Of a stretch of DNA of 64,000 bases, positions 40,314-50,363 are shown piece after piece. The DNA comes from Candidatus Marinacidobacterium sp. (GTDB lineage: Bacteria; Acidobacteriota; Vicinamibacteria; Marinacidobacterales; Marinacidobacteraceae), in NCBI GenBank assembly GCA_965204755.1, contig OZ242011.1, positions 3,200,001 to 3,264,000 of the forward strand. The letters run 5' to 3'. The translations under genes and the position numbers were made by a program. Under the pieces are notes generated by a model that saw only the letters and a program-made list of their open reading frames with translations, ran no database searches and was not told the origin of the DNA. The stretch's first letter is position 1. Each line of letters opens with the position of its first letter.

Positions 40314-41957
40314 TCAGCCGGTCGTCACCGCCCCGCGGCTGGCGGAGGCGACGGTCTTCGCGTACTTGGCGAGCGCGCCGGTGCGGAAGAGCGGGGCGGG
40401 GGGCGCCGGGCGGCGGGACTCCGCGCCGGTCATCTCCACTTCGATCGCGCGCGCGTCCAGGTCGATCGTGATCCGGTCCCCGTCCCGCGCGAGGGCGATC
40501 GGGCCTCCGGCGGCGGCTTCCGGGGCGACATGGCCGACCATGAAGCCGTGGGTCGCGCCGCTGAACCGGCCGTCGGTGACCAGCGCCACGCTGTCCCCCA
40601 GCCCCCGGCCGATCACCGCGGCGGTGACGCCGAGCATCTCCCGCATTCCCGGGCCGCCGCGCGGCCCCTCGTAACGGATCACGATCACATCGCCGGCGGC
40701 GATGCGCCCTTCCTGGACCGCGGCGAAGGCGTCCTCCTCGGAGTCGAAGACGCGGGCCGGGCCTTCGTGCCGGGTGCGCTCGTGGCCGGCCAACTTGAGC
40801 ACGCAGCCGTCGGGGGCGAGCGAGCCCTTGAGGATGGCCAGTCCGCCCCGGGACTTCAGCGGGCGGCCGGCCGGGCGGATGACTTCCTGGCTTTCGGTTT
40901 CTTCCGCGGCGTCGGCGAGTTCGAAGAGGGAGTCGCCGGAGACCGTCGGCGTCTCGGTGAGCCGGCCCAGCGCCCGCAGGCGGGCGGCCAGCAGGCGCAT
41001 CCCGCCGGCGGCTTCCATTTCCGGCGCGGTGAACCGGCCGCCGGGTTTCAGGTCGGCGAGCACCGGGGTGGCGGCGCCGATCTCGTCGAAGTCCTCGATG
41101 GTGAGGGCGCTGCCGGCTTCGTGGGCGATGGCGAGCAGGTGCAGCACCGCGTTCGTGGAGCCGGCGGTGGCGGAGACCGCGGTGTAGGCGTTACGGAGCG
41201 CTTCCCGCGAAAGGAACTCGCGGGCCGCGCGGCCTTCGGCGAGGAGCGCCATGACCCGCTCGCCGGCGGCGCGCGCCGCTTCGGCCTTGCGCGGGCTCAT
41301 CGCCGGGATCTCGTTCCCGGTCATCGGGGAGATACCGAGGAAGGCGGTCGCGAGGGACATGGTGTTCGCGGTGAACTGTCCGCCGCAGGCGCCCGCGCCG
41401 GGGCAGGCGGCGGCTTCGAGTTCGGCGAGTTCGGCCTCGCTCATGGTTCCGGCGGCGTGGGCGCCGACCGCCTCGAAGACATCCTGGATGGTCACCGACC
41501 GGCCCCGGTAGATCCCGGGGGCGATGGAGCCGCCGTAGAGCATCAACGAGGGCAGGTCGAGCCGCGCGAGCGCCATCACCGTTCCCGGGATCGTCTTGTC
41601 GCAGCCGGAGATGGCCACCACGGCGTCGAGCAGGTGGCCGCGGGCGACGAGTTCGATGGAGTCGGCGACCACTTCGCGGGAGACCAGCGAAGCGCGCATC
41701 CCCGACGAACCCATGGCGATGGCGTCGGAGACGACGATGGTGTTGAACTCGAGCGGCGTTCCCCCGGCGGCGCGCACTCCCGCCTTCACCGCTTCGGCCA
41801 ACTCGCGCAGGTGGCTGTTGCAGGGAGTGATCTCCGTCCAGGTGTTGGCGATGCCGACCAGCGGCCGGGCGATCGCGGCCTCGTCGAGTCCGGTCGCCCG
41901 CAGCATCGCCCGCGCGGGGGCGCGCGCCGGGCCGGTCTTCACTTCGTCGCTTCGCAT
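40314..41957 (-). CDS. ilvD: dihydroxy-acid dehydratase
   Basis: PCN.HL, GCDKT.PG, GACGGQFTANTM, EGPRGGPGMREM, TDGRFSG. Confidence 0.97.
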   Translation of the reverse strand: MRSDEVKTGPARAPARAMLRATGLDEAAIARPLVGIANTWTEITPCNSHLRELAEAVKAGVRAAGGTPLEFNTIVVSDAIAMGSSGMRASLVSREVVADSIELVARGHLLDAVVAISGCDKTIPGTVMALARLDLPSLMLYGGSIAPGIYRGRSVTIQDVFEAVGAHAAGTMSEAELAELEAAACPGAGACGGQFTANTMSLATAFLGISPMTGNEIPAMSPRKAEAARAAGERVMALLAEGRAAREFLSREALRNAYTAVSATAGSTNAVLHLLAIAHEAGSALTIEDFDEIGAATPVLADLKPGGRFTAPEMEAAGGMRLLAARLRALGRLTETPTVSGDSLFELADAAEETESQEVIRPAGRPLKSRGGLAILKGSLAPDGCVLKLAGHERTRHEGPARVFDSEEDAFAAVQEGRIAAGDVIVIRYEGPRGGPGMREMLGVTAAVIGRGLGDSVALVTDGRFSGATHGFMVGHVAPEAAAGGPIALARDGDRITIDLDARAIEVEMTGAESRRPAPPAPLFRTGALAKYAKTVASASRGAVTTG

Positions 41958-42054
41958 CGGGAGGAGCCCTTTCTTCGTGGTTGTCGCGGTCGGGTTCGGG
42001 CTTTACTTTCTCACAGGCGGCGGCGTTCGGCGTCGGTGTTCGGCGCCGCGCGGT

Positions 42055-42993
42055 TCAGCGGGCGCCGGGCGAGCGCGCGGCGGGGGCGGCTTCGCGCCGG
42101 CGGACGAGGCGGAGCAGCAGGTCGTTCCACGGGGTGGGGACGCCGGCGGCGCGGCCGCGGGCGGAGATGACGCCGTTGATGGCCTCGATCTCGGTGCGGC
42201 GTCCGCGTTCGAGGTCCTGCAACATGCTGGAGCGGTTTTCCGGGGTCGCCGCCGCCACCCGGCGGATGGTCGCTTCGACTTCGCCCGGCTCGCAGGGGAC
42301 GCCTTCGCTCCCGGCGACCCGGCAGGCTTCCGCCGCGACCCGGCTCACGACCAGGCGGCGCCCCGGGTCGGCGAGGAGTTCCCCGGTGCGGAGCCCGAGC
42401 AGCGCCGTTACCGGGTTCACGGCGGCGTTCAGGATCACCTTCTCCCAGAGCGGTTTGCGGATGTCCTCGGTTTCGCGGGCCGGGAAGCCGACGGCGCGGA
42501 AGAGCGCGGCGAGTCGGGCGGCGGCGTCCGCCGGGGTATCGGGCGAGAACGCCCCGAGGACGACCTCGCCGAGTCCCGCGTGGAAGACCTCGCCGTCCTC
42601 CCGCAGCGTGGCGCCGTTGTTCGTAACCGCGCCGAGCACGGGATGCCCGCCGTCGGCGAGGATCTCTTCGTTGCCGAGTCCGTTCTGCAGCGAGACGCGA
42701 ACGGGGTCGTCGGGGAGGCGGTCGAGCGCGGCGGCGGCCTCCGCGGTGTCGGACGACTTCACGGTTACCAGCGCGAAGTCCGGGCGGAAGTCGGCGAGTT
42801 CCTCGGGCGAGGCCGCGGCCGGGAGCCGAACCGCGGCCTCGGTGGCGCCGGTGACGCGGAGTCCGTCGCGGCGGATCGTTTCCAGCCGGGCGCCGCGGGC
42901 GGTTACGGCGACTTCGTGGCGCGAGGCGAGGCGCGCCGCGAAGACGCTCCCCGTCGCCCCGGCGCCGAACACCAGGAACCGGGGCGCCGTCAT
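42055..42993 (-). CDS. panE: 2-dehydropantoate 2-reductase
   Basis: GAGATG, VTVKS, SLQNG, WEK...N..N, SSMLQD..GR.TEI..ING. Confidence 0.93.
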   Translation of the reverse strand: MTAPRFLVFGAGATGSVFAARLASRHEVAVTARGARLETIRRDGLRVTGATEAAVRLPAAASPEELADFRPDFALVTVKSSDTAEAAAALDRLPDDPVRVSLQNGLGNEEILADGGHPVLGAVTNNGATLREDGEVFHAGLGEVVLGAFSPDTPADAAARLAALFRAVGFPARETEDIRKPLWEKVILNAAVNPVTALLGLRTGELLADPGRRLVVSRVAAEACRVAGSEGVPCEPGEVEATIRRVAAATPENRSSMLQDLERGRRTEIEAINGVISARGRAAGVPTPWNDLLLRLVRRREAAPAARSPGAR

Positions 42994-43075
42994 CGGTAGA
43001 GAGCGTACCGGGGGTTTGGGACGGCGCATGATGCGCGGGTTCGCGCCGGGCCGCGGCGGCGGTCCGCCGGCGGCC

Positions 43076-44746
43076 TTACCCGGTGCCCTTCGGCAGGAGT
43101 TCCTCGGCGATCCGGTCCAGTTTCTCGCGGACTTCGGGGTGGATCTCCTCGGGCTTCATGACCGCGGCGAGTTGGTAGAGGTCGGTCTTCTTCGTCCGCC
43201 GCCCGGCGCGTGCGAGCATGGGGAGGAGGATGTCCTCGCTCGCCTTCACTCGTCTGAGCAGAGGGTGGTCGCCGAAGAAATCCGTACCGTCCGGCAGTTG
43301 CCGACGGAACTCGGCGTCGATCTCGTCAGGGCTCGTCCCCGTAGTTCTTTCGACGAATCGCCTGATGGCGTCGGGGTGGAGCAGGTAGTTCTCGATTTCG
43401 TACCGGCGCCACTGCAGCACGAAGAACCCCGCTTGGTCGGCGCCCTCGTCCTTCCCGTCGCGGTTGTTGCCGTCGAGCAGGCACAGGCCGGGCAACTCCG
43501 GGAACTCGGTCCGCAGCAGGGAGAAGTGGCGGCGCGCCTGCTTCGGCAGCCGCCCGCGAAGCCGGCGGATGTTGGGCAGCGCGAAGAACTTCCTCGCCGG
43601 GTGTTCGAGGATGCGGGCCCATTCCCGCAGGATGTCCTCGTCGGACCCGTCCTCGACATAGAGGATCGCGCCGCGCTCCCGAGCGCGCAGGAGGTCGGAG
43701 ACTTCGAGTTCCCGAAGGGCCTCCACGAGTCGCGTCCGGTCCTGCGATGTCGACAGCGAGCGGGGACCGGTTGAGAAGAAACCGAGGATCTCGGACGGGT
43801 CAGTGGCGTTGAGGACGACCTCGGAGTGCGTTGCCGCGATGAGTTGGCCGCCGCGCCGGGAGATGACTTCGCGGATTCGTTGGACGACCTGCTTCTGCCG
43901 CAAAACATGTTGATGGGCGTCCGGCTCGTCCATCAGGATGACGGAACCGCGCCGGGCATGGAGGAACGCGAAGAGCAGGATCACCTGCAGCGCGCCCGTT
44001 CCCGCGCTCGACAGATCGAGAGGCCTCCGGTGTCCGTGCGCCCGGTACTCACAGCGGATGTAGGCGTCTGCCGGCGCATAGAGCGGTTTTTCCAGTTGGA
44101 TGCCGAGGATTCCCTCGACTACCTCCCGGAGAGCCGGCCAGTCTTCGGTATTCGCGCTGATTTCCAGCAGAAGGTTCCGCAGGATCTCCCCGGTGCGTCC
44201 CTGTCCGACCAGCAGATCCTGCATCCCGCGGTCATGGCGCTGTTCTTCTCGCGCGATTCCCGCAAGCGCCGGGACCTGAACCACTACGAGAGCCCGTGCG
44301 CCCGGGGGCGGGAATGACTCGAACTGTTGGCTGCTCATGTTCTTGACTGCCAACGGGCGCGCATAGAGGAGTTCCGAACTGTGGTACTGGAACTCCATTC
44401 CGCAGGTCCAGGTGTCGCCTTCGGTCTCGGCCTCGACAACGATCTCGATGCGTCGGGGTGTCCTGGGATCGAAGCGAACGGTGCGCTGTTCCCAAAGCAA
44501 GTTCAACTCGCGGACGGGAACCGGAGTGAACTGGCTACGAGTGATGGACGCACCGGTGCGTGCCCTGGCGCGGCTCCGAATGCGGTGCGCCAGCCACCGA
44601 TCCAATCCGAACTTCCAGGTCGAAATCGCCTGGAGCAGCGTCGTCTTGCCGGAGTCGTTCGCGCCCGCGAGGACGACGGACTCGGAGAGGTCGAAGACCT
44701 CCTCTTCGAACCGCTTGAAGTGGCGGACGGTGACGCGGCGGATCAT
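43076..44746 (-). CDS. ABC ATPase fused to a C-terminal TOPRIM-like domain
   Basis: GANDSGKT, LMDEPDAH, ATHS, followed by LYVEDGSD...LLDGN...YEIENYL. Confidence 0.8.
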   Translation of the reverse strand: MIRRVTVRHFKRFEEEVFDLSESVVLAGANDSGKTTLLQAISTWKFGLDRWLAHRIRSRARARTGASITRSQFTPVPVRELNLLWEQRTVRFDPRTPRRIEIVVEAETEGDTWTCGMEFQYHSSELLYARPLAVKNMSSQQFESFPPPGARALVVVQVPALAGIAREEQRHDRGMQDLLVGQGRTGEILRNLLLEISANTEDWPALREVVEGILGIQLEKPLYAPADAYIRCEYRAHGHRRPLDLSSAGTGALQVILLFAFLHARRGSVILMDEPDAHQHVLRQKQVVQRIREVISRRGGQLIAATHSEVVLNATDPSEILGFFSTGPRSLSTSQDRTRLVEALRELEVSDLLRARERGAILYVEDGSDEDILREWARILEHPARKFFALPNIRRLRGRLPKQARRHFSLLRTEFPELPGLCLLDGNNRDGKDEGADQAGFFVLQWRRYEIENYLLHPDAIRRFVERTTGTSPDEIDAEFRRQLPDGTDFFGDHPLLRRVKASEDILLPMLARAGRRTKKTDLYQLAAVMKPEEIHPEVREKLDRIAEELLPKGTG

Positions 44747-44765
44747 GAGCGGCGAATGTCGGCGC

Positions 44766-45593
44766 CTACGGCCGGTTCAGGTTCCAGTCGTAGTCGAGGA
44801 ATCGTACGGGCGCGGAGTCGTTCCCGTCGAGCAGCGTCCGCGCCTCGTCGTTGTAGCGGGCGGCGAACTCGGCGACCGACGGCTCGGCGCCCCGGTTCCC
44901 GGGATCGGTGAAGTCGTCCCCGAACCAGTCCAGGATGCGCGTCAGCACCACGGTCCCGTCCTCCGCCCGGACATAGTCGCGGTCGCCGAGCGTCCGCGCG
45001 GCGGCGGCCTCCAGTTGCTCTTCCAGCCCGTCGCCGGTGAAGGCGTGCTCCGGGAGGGGCGGGCAGGAGAGCGAGGCGCAGTTCACGGCGAAGTGGACGC
45101 GCGGGTCCCGGAAGATCGGACGCAGCACGCCGTGCTCCATGTCGTCGAGGCTGAGCGCGTGTCCGCCCACCGTGTGCGCGGTCACGCCGAACACATCCTC
45201 GATGTCGCGGATGCTCTCGATGCCGAAGTCCCCCTCCGGCGAGACCCGGTTCAGGATGGTCTTGACGGTATAGGCGTTGTAGGCGTTGATGAAGAGCGCC
45301 GCGAGTTCGTCCCCGGAGAGCGACGGGATGTCCGCCGCGCCGAGGGCGGCGAGGTACCGGTCGAGCGCCGCTTCTTCCCGCTTCAGGCCGGCGTAGTCGA
45401 ACCGGCGGCCGCGCTCCCGGGCGTAGGCGCGCGCCAGCCGATCCCATTCGGAGTGGTCGAACGCGGCGCCTCCGGAGGCGATGCCCCGCTCGATGAGTTC
45501 CGGGAGCGTTCCCTCGATGACCTCGGCGCGGGGAACGCACGCGGCGAGAGCGAGCAGGAGCGCCGCGGGAGCGGTTCGGGTGAGTTTCGGCAT
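44766..45593 (-). CDS. DUF547 lipoprotein
   Basis: LAAC, FINAYNA, SLDDMEH, DPRVHFAVNCASLSCP, YDWNLN. Confidence 0.9.
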   Translation of the reverse strand: MPKLTRTAPAALLLALAACVPRAEVIEGTLPELIERGIASGGAAFDHSEWDRLARAYARERGRRFDYAGLKREEAALDRYLAALGAADIPSLSGDELAALFINAYNAYTVKTILNRVSPEGDFGIESIRDIEDVFGVTAHTVGGHALSLDDMEHGVLRPIFRDPRVHFAVNCASLSCPPLPEHAFTGDGLEEQLEAAAARTLGDRDYVRAEDGTVVLTRILDWFGDDFTDPGNRGAEPSVAEFAARYNDEARTLLDGNDSAPVRFLDYDWNLNRP

Positions 45594-45608
45594 CGGGTTT
45601 CTCCGTCT

Positions 45609-46520
45609 TCAGTCTTGCGGGGCCGAAGCGGCGGGTTCGCCGGTCTCGACCGGCCGGGCGGGATCGGCGCACCACTCCGACCACGACCCCGAATACACGG
45701 CGACGCCGTCGAACCCGGCGAGCGTCAGGGCGAGCGCGTCGTGCGCGGCGGTGAGCCCGGAACCGCAGTAGCAGACGATCCGCCGCCCGCCGCGCCCTTC
45801 CGCGAGCGGGGCGAAGCGGCGCGCGAGTTCCGCGCTCGGAAGGAAATGGCCGTCGGCGTCGAGATTCCCCTTCCAGAGGTGGTTGCGCGCGCCGGGGATC
45901 CGACCGGCGACCGGGTCGAACGGCTCGATCTCCCCGCGCCAGCGCTCCGGCTCCCGCGCGTCGAGCAAGAGGTCGGCGCCGGCGTCGAGTCCGGCGGCCA
46001 CTTCGCCCGCATCCGGCGAGAGCGACGCCACCGGTTGCGGCGCGAACGAGCGCGCCGCGCGGGTTTCCACTCCGGAGCGCAGTTCACCGCCGGCGCCGCG
46101 CCAGGCGGACAGCCCGCCGTCGAGGAGGGCGGCCCGCCGATGGCCGAGCAGCCGCAGCATCCACCAGAGCCGCGCCGCATACATCCCGGCGGAGGCGTCG
46201 TAGGCGACGACCGCGGTCCCGGGGCCGATCCCGAGGCGTCCGAGGGCGGCAGCCATCCCGGCCACCGGGGGCAGGGGATGGCGCCCGTTCCGGCCGGTCT
46301 TCGGGGCGGAGAGGTCGGCCTCGATGTCGGCGAAGACCGCGCCGGGGATATGCCCCTCCCGGTAGCGCTTCCGCCCCGCCGGGGGATCGCGGAGGTCGAA
46401 CTGGACATCCACGACCAGCAGGTCGGGCCGATCCCCCGCATCCAACCGTTCGCGCAGCCAGCCGGCGGACACCAGCGGACCGAATTCCGCCGTTTCGCGT
46501 CCCGCCGCCGGGTCGTTCAT
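45609..46520 (-). CDS. sseA: 3-mercaptopyruvate/thiosulfate sulfurtransferase
   Basis: GHIPGA, GRHPLP, LDGG..AW, YCGSG, YSGSWSEW. Confidence 0.92.
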   Translation of the reverse strand: MNDPAAGRETAEFGPLVSAGWLRERLDAGDRPDLLVVDVQFDLRDPPAGRKRYREGHIPGAVFADIEADLSAPKTGRNGRHPLPPVAGMAAALGRLGIGPGTAVVAYDASAGMYAARLWWMLRLLGHRRAALLDGGLSAWRGAGGELRSGVETRAARSFAPQPVASLSPDAGEVAAGLDAGADLLLDAREPERWRGEIEPFDPVAGRIPGARNHLWKGNLDADGHFLPSAELARRFAPLAEGRGGRRIVCYCGSGLTAAHDALALTLAGFDGVAVYSGSWSEWCADPARPVETGEPAASAPQD

Positions 46521-46557
46521 GCCGGGGAGGGTACCCGGCGGCCTCCGGGCGCGCCGG

Positions 46558-48246
46558 TCAGGAAGGGGCCGATCCGGAGGAGGCGTGGGCCAGGGGCGGC
46601 GGAGGGTCGAGCAGGAACTTCCGCAGCCAGTCCGGCGGCCCGCAGTCCGGTCGCATCGCGACAGCGCCGACCCGATGCTCGCAGATGTAGGACTCGTCCG
46701 CCAGCCAGGTGTAGCCGTCGTGCTCCACTGCCGAGGTCGTGGGCGCCACGATCAGCGTCGCCGCCGGTCGGAGTCCCTTCCGGCCCCAGCGCAGGCCGTC
46801 TTGGTAGGCGTGCGCCGTGTCCCCGATCTCGTTCAGGAGGTTCTTCGCCGTGTATTTGGAGTCGAGGAGCACGAAATCCGTTACCTGCCCGTCCCGACTG
46901 CGCGTCAGGAGGAGATCGGGACGGCGTTCCCGCGAGACCGCCCAGCCGTCTTCCCCCGGAACGCCCCAAGTGTTGCGGAAGGTGGATTGGAGATGGAGGG
47001 TGAGTGTGACCCCTCCCGCGCTTCCGACGACTTGCCGCCGGTCGCTCCCTTCCTTCCCGCCCGGAGTCCAGTCCCACTCCGGAAGCCACTTGCGAAGTCG
47101 TTTCGCCAGCGCGACGAAGCACCATCGCTCGTAGATCTCCCAGGTCGGGGCGAGGGGAAGCAGGTCGGTGCGGTCGAGCCCGTACACCCCGGGCCGCAGC
47201 GCCGCCCAGGCGGTCTGCCAGAACCGGGAGTAGATCGGGTGCGCGGAGACCGCGTTCAGGCCGGCGGCGGTCACTTCCGCGCGGGTGACTTGCGAAAACG
47301 GCGGACGCCTCTCCGCGGCGCGGAAGGCGCGCTCCATCTCTCCGAGCAGGGCCACGCGCTCCGGCAGCCGGGCGGCGAGCGCGGTCCGGGTGTCCGATTC
47401 CTGCCGGTCGGCGAGTTCCCGGAGCCGCTTCGGGAGTTCGGCGGCGCGGCGAACCAGGGCGCGCAGCATCAACAGCGCGGCGCGGTTCGCGGGGGAATCC
47501 ACCGTGCGCTCCACCGCCGGCGTGTCGAAGATGGGCTCGGCGGAAATTCCGGGAGTCGACCGGCGGGCTGCGGCCTCCGCGCCGCGTTTCCGAGCGGCCG
47601 GAAGCGACTCGAGCGCGGCCCGGCTGCCGAGCGCCGCCCGCAGCGTGCGAAGGTCGGCGCGTCGGACTTCCCGGAGCGGGACGAAGCGGCGGCGGGGGCG
47701 GAGCACCGTCGCCGGGTCCCGACGCACCGCGGCGATCGCGGCGTCGAGTGGTTCCCGGCGGCTTCGCAGGCGCTCGAAGAGCACCAGCGGGTCGTCCGTC
47801 GGGCCGACGGCCCCCATCTTTCGCTTCGCCGGTTCCTCGCCGAGCAACAGGGCGGCGTCGAAGTCCAGGATCTCTTCGACCATGCGCTCGAAGACCTCGC
47901 CGCCGAGTTTCTCGGGCGCCGGCCCGACATCGAGTCGGTAGGTCGCGAGCGTCTGTCCGCCGGCGTCGACGAGCCGCGCCCGGACTTCGCCGGCGAAGAA
48001 GCCGGGCGTCCACTTCCAGCAGATGGCGCCGTCCGTGGTTTCTTCTGCTTCCAGGAGTTCGTCGTCCACGAAGAGGCGCAGGCCGCGATCCTTCGGCGCG
48101 GCGGCGATGAAGACGGTCTTCCGGAGTTCGGAGAACCCGCCGTTGACTTCGCGCGGATCGAGCGGCTTCCCGTTCTGGACGCGCAACGCGACCGCGCCGT
48201 CCGCCACGGCGTCACCGGGCGGCCGGAGACTCGGCATCTCGTTCAT
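46558..48246 (-). CDS. DUF2357 / McrC-like PD-(D/E)xK nuclease
   Basis: DSPANR, WEIYERWCF, RRPDLLL...LLDSKY; follows the McrB pair. Confidence 0.82.
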   Translation of the reverse strand: MNEMPSLRPPGDAVADGAVALRVQNGKPLDPREVNGGFSELRKTVFIAAAPKDRGLRLFVDDELLEAEETTDGAICWKWTPGFFAGEVRARLVDAGGQTLATYRLDVGPAPEKLGGEVFERMVEEILDFDAALLLGEEPAKRKMGAVGPTDDPLVLFERLRSRREPLDAAIAAVRRDPATVLRPRRRFVPLREVRRADLRTLRAALGSRAALESLPAARKRGAEAAARRSTPGISAEPIFDTPAVERTVDSPANRAALLMLRALVRRAAELPKRLRELADRQESDTRTALAARLPERVALLGEMERAFRAAERRPPFSQVTRAEVTAAGLNAVSAHPIYSRFWQTAWAALRPGVYGLDRTDLLPLAPTWEIYERWCFVALAKRLRKWLPEWDWTPGGKEGSDRRQVVGSAGGVTLTLHLQSTFRNTWGVPGEDGWAVSRERRPDLLLTRSRDGQVTDFVLLDSKYTAKNLLNEIGDTAHAYQDGLRWGRKGLRPAATLIVAPTTSAVEHDGYTWLADESYICEHRVGAVAMRPDCGPPDWLRKFLLDPPPPLAHASSGSAPS

Positions 48247-48269
48247 GGTGGAGCCTTCGAACCCGGTCG

Positions 48270-50363
48270 TCAGCGCCAGAAACTGCAACTGCCGGCGGCT
48301 TCCAGGTCCTCTTGCAGGCCTCGAACCTTGGTGGCGCACCTGTCGAGGCCGGCGTTCTCCAGCACGGCGACCGTGTCCTCCAAACACCTGCGGAATCGTG
48401 GCGTGTCGCTCCCCCGCAGTTTCGGGAGCACCTTGGCGTAGATCACCCGGTCGAGCGCGGCGTCGGCGCCGATCTCGATCCCGGAGTCGCGGGAGCGTCC
48501 CTCGAGGAAACCCACGACCTCCGCAATCACCCGCCAGCCGAAGTGCCGCCGCGCCGGCGAGAGTGTCTTCGCGAGGGCCGCCAGCAGGCCGCGAACCTTC
48601 CTTTTCTCGCCTTCGTCGAGTTCGCGCGACTCCCAGCCGGGCCACTCCTCCGGCTCGATGTCCCAGAACTCGAGGGTGAACGCGCGGTCGAGCACCTTGT
48701 CCGAGATGCCCATCGTCGTCTCGTCCATGTTCACCGTCCCGATGATGACCAGGTTCTTGGGGTAGGCCACGCCGGTCGGTACGCCCAACTCGTCCGGATC
48801 GCCGCGGTGGAGGGGGATCTCCCCGTCCGCGATCTCCATCGCGCTCAGGATCGGGGCGAAGTACTGCTCCGGGTGCGACAGGTTCATCTCGTCCAGGATC
48901 AGGACATGGGTCTCGTCGGGCTTCGCCGCGGCTTCGAGCAGGAAGTTCAGGAACTCGGTGCGCGCGTAGCCGCCGGTCAGCGGATTCACATACCCGAGCA
49001 GCGGGCCGGGGTCGTGCCAACCGGGATGGACGGCGATGACCTCGACGGGCCCTCCGGTGTCGCTCTCCGCCCCGGTGAGCGCCATGGCGTAGTGGAGCGC
49101 GATCCGGGTCTTCCCGGTCCCGGACAGCCCGGAGAGAACCGCGAAGTGCCGCTGTTCGTCCGCCCACAGCCCGAGATGCAGCGCCTCCACGAGCGACCGC
49201 TCGAACCGCAGATTCTCCGCGCCGGCTTGGCGGGCCATCGTTCCCCACAACTTGGCGAACTCGCTCAACCCCGAGAACAGGCCGTCGATCGGATACACGC
49301 GCTGCGGTCTGTCGAAGATTCCGGGGTCGGTGAAATCGCTGCGCGGAATCTCGGCAGGCGCCCACTTCACCGGCCGCGTATGCCGATGCTGTCCGTTCAC
49401 TTCGCCGTGCTCGTACTCCCCGTCGACGGTTCCCCACGCGATGCGCCTCCCGGCTTGCCGGCGGGGAAGGATCACGATGTCGCCCCCACGCATCTCCCGG
49501 GCGAACTTCCAGACCTGCGCGGCCCGGCCCGCCACTCCCTGCAACGACTGCTCCGGGTTCTGCTGGTGAACGACGGTGCGGTAACGCCGGAAGTCGCTGG
49601 TATCGGGGGCGGGCAGGTCGGCGAAGCCGATCATGGCCAAGCGGTTGGACAGCACGAAGTCTTCCGGGCCCTTCTCGTCGTGCTCGCCGGCCCGGACCAC
49701 CCAGATCGTCGGCCGGGTTTCTTCGGGCGGCTCGTGTCCGTTCCGCTCTCGCGACAGCAGACTGAGTTCGTTGACCAGGAGCATCCGCTCCGCCGTCCCT
49801 GCCAGTGCGTCCGCCGGCGCCCCGATCACTTCCCGGAGCCGGTCGAGCACGAGGCGGTGCGCCCCAATCGGATTGTTTCCGGGAACGGGACATCCGATGG
49901 CTCTCGAGAGTCCTACGATCCAATCCTTGTAGGCGAGGCCGGTGAAGTCCTCGGGGAAAAAGAGGGCCAGCGTGCGCAGGCTCTCGATCCACGGCTTTCT
50001 GGCGCCGCCCTTCGCGATCCGTTCCAGCGCATCGTCGTTCAGTCTTCGAAGGAACCGGACGCGCTCGTCCCGGCCCTCCGGCGGCGTCTGGACGGTCCGG
50101 CTCGCAAACCAGGCGCAGAAGTCCGCGTCGAGGAAACCGAAGTCCTTGACGAGGCCGCCCTCCCACAGCGTGCGGTCCGCCCAGACCTCACGCTGAAAGG
50201 CATCTGCCGCCCGCTCGCTTCGGTTCGCGTCGCGGATCCGCTGAAGCAACCGCGCCAGTCTCTCCACCCGTTCGGGGGCGACCCGCTCCCCGGCCCGCCG
50301 GCAGGCGGTCCTCAGCCCCTCGTCGGTCTTGAGTTCGAGGGGCGCCCGATCGGCCGGCGTCAT
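48270..50363 (-). CDS. McrB-like AAA+ GTPase (697 aa)
   Basis: GLSGTGKT, LILDEMNLS, GTVNMDETT, DKVLDRA. N-terminal WVVRAG...GDIVILP...HTRPVKW domain. ATG 50363 overlaps the upstream stop. Confidence 0.9.
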   Translation of the reverse strand: MTPADRAPLELKTDEGLRTACRRAGERVAPERVERLARLLQRIRDANRSERAADAFQREVWADRTLWEGGLVKDFGFLDADFCAWFASRTVQTPPEGRDERVRFLRRLNDDALERIAKGGARKPWIESLRTLALFFPEDFTGLAYKDWIVGLSRAIGCPVPGNNPIGAHRLVLDRLREVIGAPADALAGTAERMLLVNELSLLSRERNGHEPPEETRPTIWVVRAGEHDEKGPEDFVLSNRLAMIGFADLPAPDTSDFRRYRTVVHQQNPEQSLQGVAGRAAQVWKFAREMRGGDIVILPRRQAGRRIAWGTVDGEYEHGEVNGQHRHTRPVKWAPAEIPRSDFTDPGIFDRPQRVYPIDGLFSGLSEFAKLWGTMARQAGAENLRFERSLVEALHLGLWADEQRHFAVLSGLSGTGKTRIALHYAMALTGAESDTGGPVEVIAVHPGWHDPGPLLGYVNPLTGGYARTEFLNFLLEAAAKPDETHVLILDEMNLSHPEQYFAPILSAMEIADGEIPLHRGDPDELGVPTGVAYPKNLVIIGTVNMDETTMGISDKVLDRAFTLEFWDIEPEEWPGWESRELDEGEKRKVRGLLAALAKTLSPARRHFGWRVIAEVVGFLEGRSRDSGIEIGADAALDRVIYAKVLPKLRGSDTPRFRRCLEDTVAVLENAGLDRCATKVRGLQEDLEAAGSCSFWR

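Noticed and set aside
32541-50166. Apparent long fusions (32541-34835, 35466-37868, 46558-50166)
   Set aside because: Out-of-frame shadows of upstream genes; real starts are near 33212, 36797 and 48246.
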